Part shown: positions 40,040-48,387 of the stretch, in pieces | Position numbering within the stretch: position 1 is the stretch's first letter | Layout: the number at the start of each line of letters is the position of its first letter | IMG/VR virus record: IMGVR_UViG_3300032070_000002 | Location: 1 to 64,000 of that record | Origin: a virus | Strand: one strand, 5' to 3' | DNA: 64,000 nt | Notes under the pieces: generated by a model | Told to the model about the DNA's origin: nothing | Seen by the model: the letters and a program-made list of their open reading frames with translations, nothing else | Databases searched by the model: none | Position numbers and translations under genes: made by a program

Positions 40040-40873
40040 ATGAAGGACTTACTACCGGATATTCAAAATACGCCTGTTTCTTCTATTCAAATAGATAGAG
40101 TAGGAGTAACGGATATTGATTTTCCGCTACCCATAAAATTAAAAAACGGTATAATTCAAACTATTTATTCTACCGCACATTTATATGGTTCCTTACCTAA
40201 AACAAGAAAAGGAACTAATATGTCTAGGTATTTAGAAGTATTATTTCAACAAAAACAACCTTTAAACGTAAGAAAAAATTTAAGAGATTTTCTATATCAA
40301 TTATTACAAGTAGTAGATACGAAGGATATATATTGTGAAATTAATTTTAAATTATTTATGGAGAAAATAGCTCCGGTTTCAAAAAAGAAAGGTGTGTTAG
40401 CATATAATTGTTCTCTTATAGGCAGATTACAACAAGGTAAGTATACTTTCTTTAATTATGCATATAAAATTAAAGTTCCCGTTACTTCGGTTTGTCCTTG
40501 TTCTAAACAAATAAGTAAGTTCGGCGCACATAATCAAAGAGGCTACGTTGAAGCTACTATAATATTTGAAAAAAATAAATCAATTCCTTTAGAGGATTTA
40601 ATAAAACTAATAGAAAAACAAGGCTCGTGTGAACTATATCCTATTTTAAAAAGACCCGATGAGAAATACGTAACCGAAAAGGGCTATAAAAATGCAAAAT
40701 TTGTAGAGGATATATGTAGAGATGTGGCTATTAAGTTGCAAGAGATAAGTGTAATAAAGAAGTTTAAAATTAAGGTTGAAAATTTTGAAAGTATACACGA
40801 CCATAACGCGGTAGCGTATGTTTTTAGAAAGAGACGGGGTAAGAGATGGACTTCAGATATACAAATAATTTAA
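40040..40873 (+). CDS. folE2: GTP cyclohydrolase IB
   Basis: LPDIQ, GTNMSR, CPCSK, AHNQR, KRPDEK, KFVED and ESIH.HNA motifs. Confidence 0.95.
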   Translation: MKDLLPDIQNTPVSSIQIDRVGVTDIDFPLPIKLKNGIIQTIYSTAHLYGSLPKTRKGTNMSRYLEVLFQQKQPLNVRKNLRDFLYQLLQVVDTKDIYCEINFKLFMEKIAPVSKKKGVLAYNCSLIGRLQQGKYTFFNYAYKIKVPVTSVCPCSKQISKFGAHNQRGYVEATIIFEKNKSIPLEDLIKLIEKQGSCELYPILKRPDEKYVTEKGYKNAKFVEDICRDVAIKLQEISVIKKFKIKVENFESIHDHNAVAYVFRKRRGKRWTSDIQII

Positions 40874-41440
40874 AAAGTGTTCTACATTTGAATTATAATA
40901 TAGATAAGGAGGAAGTAAATGAGTGCAGATAATGGCGTTTATATCTTACATACTAAAGATGGATATCGTGTAACTCAAGCTCAAGCGATAGAGAATATTT
41001 ATTGGTGGAGAATTTATACGTGTGATTGTAAAATAGGTAATTCAGAAAGTTGGAGTGAATGTATAAAATGTGGAGCGTTAATTATTAATGAAGAAAGGCC
41101 GGAACCAAATCCAATAGTATTAAAAAATTATTTCGGATTGTGCAAAGTGTTTAACATAGTAGAAGAAGCGTTAAAAGAAGCGGGTAGAATTTATAATGAA
41201 GTAATTAACGATCCTATTTGTCCAATCTGTGAATACGGTATCGGCGTGCTTGATTGTAGTAAAATAGTATTTCCAAAATAGAGGAATAGATGAAAGTTAC
41301 TTGTCCGTTATGTGGAACAGAAGTAGAAGCAAAAGAAATATTTTTACATACCTCGGAATTTAGAATTTTCGGATTATCTTTATCTCAAATAAAGAAAAGA
41401 TTAGATTTTGCTAGGAGTAAAGATTATGCGGAGGAATAGA

Positions 41441-41641
41441 ATGGAAACACTTTCAGGCCTTTGGAAAAATAAGGGTAAAACAGGCGAATACTTATCCGCT
41501 TCTTTAGGTAAGGTAAAAATTTATGTATTTCCAAATTCCTTTAAACAACTAGGTACTAATCAACCTGATTATTATTTATGTGTAAAAGGAGCCGAAGGTT
41601 TATTTAGTAAAATTTTAAATAGAATATTTAAGAGGAGGTGA
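41441..41641 (+). CDS. DUF736-like small protein
   Basis: GLW...K.GEYLS...N.FK..QPDY pattern. Confidence 0.55.
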   Translation: METLSGLWKNKGKTGEYLSASLGKVKIYVFPNSFKQLGTNQPDYYLCVKGAEGLFSKILNRIFKRR

Positions 41642-41645
41642 GTAA

Positions 41646-41876
41646 ATGGGCAAGAATAGCAGATTAGGAAGAATCAAAGGTTTATTAGCAGAAGGAAAGA
41701 CAACCGATGAGATAGTAGAAGTTATAAAGGCGAAGTTTCCGGATGCAAAGTCTACCGTTGTAAGAGGCCAGATTTATTCCGCGAAGAAAGGTAAGACAGT
41801 AAAGGAAACAGCTACAACAGAAGGCGTAGAAAAACCGGCGGAAGGTACTACTACCGCTCCAACGACAGGCGTTTAA
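41646..41876 (+). CDS. Small basic HTH-like DNA-binding protein
   Basis: GAGGAGGTGA RBS and its own terminator; paralog of the C-terminus of 27018..27542. Confidence 0.55.
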   Translation: MGKNSRLGRIKGLLAEGKTTDEIVEVIKAKFPDAKSTVVRGQIYSAKKGKTVKETATTEGVEKPAEGTTTAPTTGV

Positions 41877-41900
41877 TAAATAATAAAGATCGATAAGGAG

Positions 41901-41937
41901 AGTAAGAGCTATCCGTTAAAGATAGCTCTTACTTTTA
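41901..41937 (+). terminator. Rho-independent terminator
   Basis: Perfect 13-bp stem agtaagagctatc/gatagctcttact, then ttt. Confidence 0.8.
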
Positions 41938-41945
41938 TTAAAATT

Positions 41946-42686
41946 ATGAAATTAGCTTTTATTGTTCCTAGTTCTTATATTAAAGAAGTAGATAAGTATT
42001 GTGACTTACACTTATTTCTTTCTCATTTACTTTATAATAATTCTTACGCCGCCGCAGTTTTATCAATTAATAAATATAAAATTTTAGATAACGGCGCTTT
42101 TGAAACTGGCATACCGGAAGAAGGAAATACGCTATTATCAAAAATGGATTTTGTAAAAGCAAATGAAGTAATATGCCCTGATATATTTTACAATACAAAG
42201 GAAACCTTAAAAAAAGTTAAAACTTTTATATCTTTTTTAAAGAAGAAAAAGGAATTAAGAAATTATAAATTACAAGCTTCTATTCACGGCAGAACATTAA
42301 ATGAATTATTATATTGTTATGCAGAATATTTAGATATAAAAGAAATAGACGTAATAGGAATAGGCTATACCGCTATAAAATATAGCGGATTTAGTAGGAT
42401 AGAATTTATACGCGGATTACAAGGAGAAGGATTATTACAAAAATCCATACATTTGTTAGGGTTAGGAAATAACGGGGGAGAAGAGTTGAAGGAGTTAGGC
42501 AAATGTAAATTTATAAGGTCAAATGACAGTTCTGCAGCGTATGTTTTAGCAAGGGATAATAAATTAATAAGTCCTATAGGAAAATTTGAAAGGAATAAGA
42601 AACCTATAGATTTTAATGACGAATATAAATTAGAAACATATTTAACTCTAAAGCGAAATATGCAAACTTTAAGAAGGTTAGGATGA
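41946..42686 (+). CDS. dpdA: TGT-family DNA 7-deazaguanine transglycosylase (DpdA-like)
   Basis: ILDNGAFE, CPD, IHG, IHLLG and RSNDSS motifs; co-occurs with folE2/queD/queE/queC. Confidence 0.75.
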   Translation: MKLAFIVPSSYIKEVDKYCDLHLFLSHLLYNNSYAAAVLSINKYKILDNGAFETGIPEEGNTLLSKMDFVKANEVICPDIFYNTKETLKKVKTFISFLKKKKELRNYKLQASIHGRTLNELLYCYAEYLDIKEIDVIGIGYTAIKYSGFSRIEFIRGLQGEGLLQKSIHLLGLGNNGGEELKELGKCKFIRSNDSSAAYVLARDNKLISPIGKFERNKKPIDFNDEYKLETYLTLKRNMQTLRRLG

Positions 42687-43429
42687 AATATTTTGAGCGC
42701 TGGTCAGAAAAGGAACTTAAAGAATTAGAAGAATATATGAAACAAAAGTTAACTAGCGAAGAAATTGCTAAACTTTTAGATAGAACAGAAAATACGGTAA
42801 GAATACATATGAGAAGATTAAGAACTAAAACTTCTACCTATGGAAATAAGGGAGGTAGAAGATATAAAAGAGAATTAGATACCGAATTTATTAATTTAAT
42901 TAAACCTAAAGATATACTAGACGGTTATTGCGGTAGTGAAACACATTATCCAAAAGAAATAACAATAACAAATGATATAAATAAATCTTTTAATACCTCT
43001 TATCACTTACCGATTTTTAAACTTTTAGCAAAATTTACATATGAAAATAAGAAATTTGATTTAATAGATTTAGACCCTTGGGGTTCTGCATACGATAGTT
43101 TATATTTAGCAATTTATTTAGCTAATAAAGGTTTAGTAGTTTCTTACGGCGAATGTTACTTAAAAAGATTTAAGCGTATAGATTTTGCGGCAGAAAAATA
43201 CGGTTTGTATTTTGATAAATACGGTTTTAGTACAAAGATGTTAGTTGAATATACAAAACATTTAGGAATGATTTGCCGAAAAAAATTAGAAGTATATAAG
43301 GATTATGATTTAGGGCACTTTAGTAGAGTATACTATATAATAAAACCTTTAAAAACATTAAAAGTTGTCCAAAGTTGGAATACTATTAGAGAAAGAAAAG
43401 AAGAGTATGCTAAAAAAGCAGTTACATAA
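42683..43429 (+). CDS. HTH-fused SAM-dependent methyltransferase with Trm1-like motif IV
   Basis: N-terminal W...E...L..EEIA.LL.RT..V HTH; ILDGYCG, TNDIN and FDLIDLDPWGS motifs. Confidence 0.7.
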   Translation: MKYFERWSEKELKELEEYMKQKLTSEEIAKLLDRTENTVRIHMRRLRTKTSTYGNKGGRRYKRELDTEFINLIKPKDILDGYCGSETHYPKEITITNDINKSFNTSYHLPIFKLLAKFTYENKKFDLIDLDPWGSAYDSLYLAIYLANKGLVVSYGECYLKRFKRIDFAAEKYGLYFDKYGFSTKMLVEYTKHLGMICRKKLEVYKDYDLGHFSRVYYIIKPLKTLKVVQSWNTIRERKEEYAKKAVT

Positions 43430-43850
43430 AAAACATCTTAATTATTGGCGTAAACGTAAAAGATGTATTATTTGTAAAGTAATATTAACTAGAAAAAATT
43501 TACGCCCTTGGATGAAAAGGTGTTACAGATATATTTGTAATATATGTGAAAGAAAAGGGTCTATATCTTACTATAGGGAACATCAATTGTCTTCTGGAAA
43601 TAAGTATTTTTCTAATATTAATAAACGGTCCTATCCTAAAGACGGTAAATGCGAAATTTGTAAAAGGAATAAAACCCTTAAAGGTAAATCTATTAGATTA
43701 GTTTACCACCACTGGAATAATAAAGACTTTTTGAAAGGTATTTGGACGTGCGTATATTGTCACGCTATGATGGAGTGTATAGAAAAAGGGCGTCATTTAG
43801 TTTATTTTAAACTTAAAAAATTAATAGAAAAATTAGAAGGTAAAAAATGA
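43407..43850 (+). CDS. HNH-like zinc-finger endonuclease
   Basis: CxxC pairs; CEIC..LVYHH..W.CVYCH. Confidence 0.65.
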   Translation: MLKKQLHKKHLNYWRKRKRCIICKVILTRKNLRPWMKRCYRYICNICERKGSISYYREHQLSSGNKYFSNINKRSYPKDGKCEICKRNKTLKGKSIRLVYHHWNNKDFLKGIWTCVYCHAMMECIEKGRHLVYFKLKKLIEKLEGKK

Positions 43851-44728
43851 GTAAACCCCGGGCGGAAGCTAGAAATTTGTGGATAGAACGTTTCAAAAAC
43901 TATTTAAAAACTCTAAAAAAAGAAGAATTAGAGTTAATAAAAAAAGAAGTGTTGCCTACCTCTAAAGTAAATAATTTAGAAGTTTTTAATTCTGGAATAA
44001 TGGGAAGTCAAAGATTAATATATAAAGAGATAACAAATAATATTCCTAAGGATGTAAAAACGATAGCCGTTCCTTTTGCTTGCGGTTTAGATTTAACTTA
44101 TTATTTAACTAAAAAGGGTTATGTAGTTTATTCTTGTGATAGAATGGAATGCGTAAGAATATTAACAGAAGTATTAAAAGATTTTATAACGGATACGGAT
44201 TTAGTAAAAGCTTCAAATATTTTATGTTTTACAACGGGAAAATCTTTTGGTTGGGAAGACTATATCAAAATTATGCGGTTAAAATTATTTGTAGGTGATA
44301 AGTATAGGAATTGGTTTCATTGGCAAGAAGATGCTTTTGAGTGGCTACCTAGAATGATGGCGGCCCTGAATGTGGATTTAGTATATTTAGGTACGCCCAC
44401 TATAATGGAAAATAATAAGAAATTCTATCAAAGATATGTAAAGTTAGAAAAGGAGTTAGGTAACGAAATTTCGGACGATTGGAATAGAGATAACGAAATG
44501 TTAAGGTTCCGTAAATTAGTGGAAATATGCAAGTCCAAAGCCGTTAAATACGTATACGCTGGCCACGGTAGTGGAGTCTCTAAAGTAGAAGAAAAAGAAA
44601 GTATATTAAAAGAATACTATAAGTATGTCTATACACTTTTTAAGCCGTATGATACCTTTAATGATTACGTGTTGTTTGCAAGTGAAGTACCCTTAAGGAT
44701 TGATAGGAGACTATGGTATGAGAGATAA
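43847..44728 (+). CDS. Dam/D12-like methyltransferase with degenerate catalytic motif
   Basis: MGSQ..I...I (motif X), VPFACG (motif I), YSCD (motif II), DAFEW; DLVYLGTPT replaces DLVYLDPPY. Confidence 0.6.
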   Translation: MSKPRAEARNLWIERFKNYLKTLKKEELELIKKEVLPTSKVNNLEVFNSGIMGSQRLIYKEITNNIPKDVKTIAVPFACGLDLTYYLTKKGYVVYSCDRMECVRILTEVLKDFITDTDLVKASNILCFTTGKSFGWEDYIKIMRLKLFVGDKYRNWFHWQEDAFEWLPRMMAALNVDLVYLGTPTIMENNKKFYQRYVKLEKELGNEISDDWNRDNEMLRFRKLVEICKSKAVKYVYAGHGSGVSKVEEKESILKEYYKYVYTLFKPYDTFNDYVLFASEVPLRIDRRLWYER

Positions 44729-44878
44729 GTGTAAAAGTTGTAAGTTTAGAATAAGATTTAAGGGCTATTTTTCGGAGAGATATAATTATAGTTGCGTATA
44801 TAATAGACGAAAGGAAAATTGGAATAAAGAATTAAGGTGTAATAAAGAAAACGGTTATTACGCATATCAGGGGAAGAA

Positions 44879-46726
44879 ATGAAAGATAAAGTATTTGTGC
44901 TATTTTCAGGAGGAGTAGATTCAGCGGGACTATTATTTAACCTTCTTGAAAAAGGTTTTGAGTGTTTTCCCATATATTTCAAATGGCGGACTTGTAACGT
45001 AGCTATAAAAGAAGTAAAAATTATAAATTGGTTCTATGAAATGTATAAAGATAAATACCCGTTATTTCATAAACCGGAAATTCATTTTGAAAGAGAAATA
45101 GCAGAAACAATAGATACTAAAGAAAACATTATGAGTAGAAATAGAATATTCCTTAAATGGTTGATAGATAGATGTATTAAAGAAAATATACATAACATAG
45201 GAATGGGCGAATACTCTTTTAAAAAAGCACCCGATATTTGGCAAGAGAATGATGGCAAAAATTGTTGGATTTATTATTGGGGTCCTCCAAATGTTGATTG
45301 TGACGCAAACGACTTACAAGGCTTTATAAATAAAAATAATCCTAAGGATTTTAAAATTAAACTTTGGACATTAGACGACTTCGGAATTGCTACCTTTAAA
45401 CACCATAGAGTAGAAATAGGAAGAAAAGTTATAGGCTATGATATGTTTAAAACAACTTGCCTTTTAAAAGGTACTCAAATACTGATGGAAAATTACTCAA
45501 TTAAATTTATTGAAGATATCGTAGTAGGCGATATTATTTTAGGATTACGGGGAAGTAAACTTATACCTTCTAGAGTTATAAGGTTATTTAAAAGGACTTC
45601 TAGCGTAGGCTCTTTAAAATATAATAAAAAAGAATTATTATCTATTACCGATAATCATAAGATATTACAAGTAGCAAAAGATTCTGAAAAAACGTATGTA
45701 ATTCCTTCTGAATTAGTGAGTACAATTAGGGTATACGATATTAATAATAGTCGTTTTTTAGATGATTGGTATACGGGTTGGTTAGCGGGTTATACCGAAG
45801 GAGACGGTTGTTTGCGGCAATTACCTAATAATTACGTATTAAGTTACCATTCAAAAGATATTCAATTATTAGAATTTGTAAATGGTTGTTTAACTCAATT
45901 TGGTATACCTAAATTAAATATTAAAATATATGCTACATATAGAGGGCATAATTTATATAAAATGGCTACCTGGAAAAAATCTACAATAAATAAAGTAAAA
46001 GAAGTTATTTCTTTTATAGATACGAAAGATTATATGAGAGGCTATTTAGCGGGTATATATGATGCGGAAGGTTCCAATCAAAATACTTGTAAACATATTT
46101 GTATAAGTAATTCTAATCCGGTAATACTAAGTAAAATAGAAAAGTTTTTGAAGTGTTTAAAGTATTCGTATAAAAAGAGGTTAGGGCATCCAAAAGGAAC
46201 GGGTAATTTATTCAGTAATAACGGTAAAAGATATTTATCTAAAAGAGATTTATACTTAATTTGTATGCCAAATTATATTAAATTTAATATAGAGTGTAAA
46301 CCGGTGTTAAAAAGAAAAATTAAATATACTTCTACTACTTGGAAATTGAAAGATCGAATTTGCAATTTTAAATACATAAACAATATAAAGGATAATCAAG
46401 TTGTTTACAATTTAGAAACAGAAACTGGAAATTATATAGCAAATGGTATAATTGTACATAATTGTTGCGGTAAAGGAGGAAACGGCCCCGATTGTGGAGG
46501 CCTATATCAGCAGGATTATTTATGCGCAGAAAGACACGTAGCAATGTTAAAAGTTTTTGGATATGACAACACATTTTATTTAAAGGATCCTAAATTTAAT
46601 CCTTACTTTATTGAGTATTGTGTTCAAATGAATTATTTACCGGGTATTCTTTGGACACTTAAAAATAATAAAAAGGCTTTAAGAATTTCAAAATTAAATT
46701 TAATTAAAATATTAAAAGAATATTAA
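44879..46726 (+). CDS. queC: Divergent QueC-like PP-loop ATPase with LAGLIDADG intein
   Basis: LFSGGVDS, SRN, DC, and TTC-C...CG...CAER after intein removal. Confidence 0.7.
   Translation: MKDKVFVLFSGGVDSAGLLFNLLEKGFECFPIYFKWRTCNVAIKEVKIINWFYEMYKDKYPLFHKPEIHFEREIAETIDTKENIMSRNRIFLKWLIDRCIKENIHNIGMGEYSFKKAPDIWQENDGKNCWIYYWGPPNVDCDANDLQGFINKNNPKDFKIKLWTLDDFGIATFKHHRVEIGRKVIGYDMFKTTCLLKGTQILMENYSIKFIEDIVVGDIILGLRGSKLIPSRVIRLFKRTSSVGSLKYNKKELLSITDNHKILQVAKDSEKTYVIPSELVSTIRVYDINNSRFLDDWYTGWLAGYTEGDGCLRQLPNNYVLSYHSKDIQLLEFVNGCLTQFGIPKLNIKIYATYRGHNLYKMATWKKSTINKVKEVISFIDTKDYMRGYLAGIYDAEGSNQNTCKHICISNSNPVILSKIEKFLKCLKYSYKKRLGHPKGTGNLFSNNGKRYLSKRDLYLICMPNYIKFNIECKPVLKRKIKYTSTTWKLKDRICNFKYINNIKDNQVVYNLETETGNYIANGIIVHNCCGKGGNGPDCGGLYQQDYLCAERHVAMLKVFGYDNTFYLKDPKFNPYFIEYCVQMNYLPGILWTLKNNKKALRISKLNLIKILKEY
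45458..46462 (+). mobile_element. Intein (335 aa) with LAGLIDADG homing endonuclease
   Basis: CLLKGT start; T.NH block B; LAGYTEGDG and LAGIYDAEG; VYNLE..NY.ANG..VHN|C end. Confidence 0.95.
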
Positions 46727-46802
46727 AATATGGATACGTTACTCATAATAATAGTTATCGTAATAATTTTTGTAGTAGCTACTTATCCTAGAAGGAGTAA
46801 AA

Positions 46803-47051
46803 ATGAAAATAAATAGTTTTGACGAAAAAGAATTAAGAAAGTTTACAAAATGGGTTATTGAAGGAAATAGATTAGGAAAGAAAAAATATGCTAAGGATAA
46901 CTTTACTAGGGATAATATGTTTGAGTACCTCTACTCTGAATTACGAGATAGCGTAAACTATTTATTCTTCTTATATTTAAAGATTAAATTATTAGAAAAG
47001 AATATAATAAAATATTTACCCGAAGTTAAGGGCGTAAAAAAATTAAGATGA
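46803..47051 (+). CDS. Possible all-alpha NTP pyrophosphohydrolase-like protein
   Basis: GKKKY...SELRDSVNY pattern. Confidence 0.4.
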   Translation: MKINSFDEKELRKFTKWVIEGNRLGKKKYAKDNFTRDNMFEYLYSELRDSVNYLFFLYLKIKLLEKNIIKYLPEVKGVKKLR

Positions 47052-47293
47052 AAACTGAATATAAATATATTCAATTTGATTTAGTAGAACAAGATGAAAC
47101 AAAGAAGACTCAAGCATATACCGTAAGAAACATAAGTCTTCAGATAATATTAGGTTATATAAAACGGTATGGCGCTTGGAGACAATATTGTTTCTTTCCA
47201 ATGATAGGAACAATCTATGGCGAAGGATGTTTAAAAGATGTTGCAGATTTTGTAAAACAATTAATGGAAGATAGGAAGAAGGGAGGAACTTAA

Positions 47294-47740
47294 ATGTTTA
47301 CTAATATAAGATTCCAAGGATTCTTAAAATATAAAAAAGTAGTTTCCGATGCAAAAATTGATATGCCGGTATTTAGAGGAGATGTAGGATATGATATTCA
47401 TTCTATAGAAGACAAACTAATAAAAGCTAAAAGTTCTGAAATCGTAAGAACCGGTTTAGCTTTTGAAGTTAGTGAGGATTATTGGTTAGAATTAAGAACT
47501 AGAAGCGGCCACGGAGTAAAAAATTGTTTACAAATTCATATGGGAACCATTGATTCGGGATATAGAGAAGAGGTAACTATAAAAATATATAACCACGGTA
47601 ATCAGGATTATCAAATAAAGAAAGGAGATAAAATTTGTCAATTAGTTATTCACCCGAGAATTGTTTTACCCGCTAAAGAAGAAAAATATTTAAAGTCCTC
47701 GGATAGAGGTTTAAAGGGATTAGGGTCTACGGGAGGATAA
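47294..47740 (+). CDS. dut: Trimeric dUTPase
   Basis: GYDI, RSG, GTIDSGYR, GDKICQL and RG.KGLGSTG motifs. Confidence 0.93.
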   Translation: MFTNIRFQGFLKYKKVVSDAKIDMPVFRGDVGYDIHSIEDKLIKAKSSEIVRTGLAFEVSEDYWLELRTRSGHGVKNCLQIHMGTIDSGYREEVTIKIYNHGNQDYQIKKGDKICQLVIHPRIVLPAKEEKYLKSSDRGLKGLGSTGG

Positions 47741-47741
47741 A

Positions 47742-48236
47742 ATGAAGAAAGTATTAACCGTAATGGTAGGTAATATAGGCTCGGGTAAATCAACAATAAT
47801 AAAGAAATTAAGGTTACTTCCGCCCGGCTATGTAGTAATTTGCAGAGATAGTTTAAGATATATGATAGGCGGCGGCGATTATGTTTTTAATCCAAAGTTA
47901 GAGCCAACCATATTTAGGTCAGAAAAAAGTATTTTAGAAAACTTTATGGAACAATGTGAAAATGTAATAGTAGATGAAGTAGGAATAAGTAAAAGTATGA
48001 GAAGGCCGTATATAGATTTAGCGATAGATTATGGTTATCAAGCAGTAGCAATTGTAATGCCTAAGTTAACTATGGAAGAATCTGTAAATAGAAGAATGAA
48101 TAAACCCCACGGTACTCCTAGAAAAACGTGGTATGAAGTTTGGAAAAAGTTTGACGAGTTATATGAAGAACCTACTAAAAGAGAAGGATTTAGAGATATA
48201 ATTAAAATAGGAAGAGAAGAAGTAGGGTTAAAATGA
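47742..48236 (+). CDS. P-loop kinase (AAA_33/PNK-like)
   Basis: VGNIGSGKST, CRDSLR, VIVD and EP...EGF motifs. Confidence 0.85.
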   Translation: MKKVLTVMVGNIGSGKSTIIKKLRLLPPGYVVICRDSLRYMIGGGDYVFNPKLEPTIFRSEKSILENFMEQCENVIVDEVGISKSMRRPYIDLAIDYGYQAVAIVMPKLTMEESVNRRMNKPHGTPRKTWYEVWKKFDELYEEPTKREGFRDIIKIGREEVGLK

Positions 48237-48387
48237 ATTTAAACGAACAATTATTACAAGAGGTACAAATTTCTATAGATAAAGTAAATCATATTATGGC
48301 GGATGATGAACTTACTCCTTCCGCTAAACAGTTTCTTTTAAAAGAAGAATTTAAAAAACAAAGAAACTTAAGTAAGATGAGAGAAGA

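Noticed and set aside
3695-41641. Two DUF736-like small genes as a functional pair
   Set aside because: Similarity is limited to a generic family pattern; such genes are common in phages.
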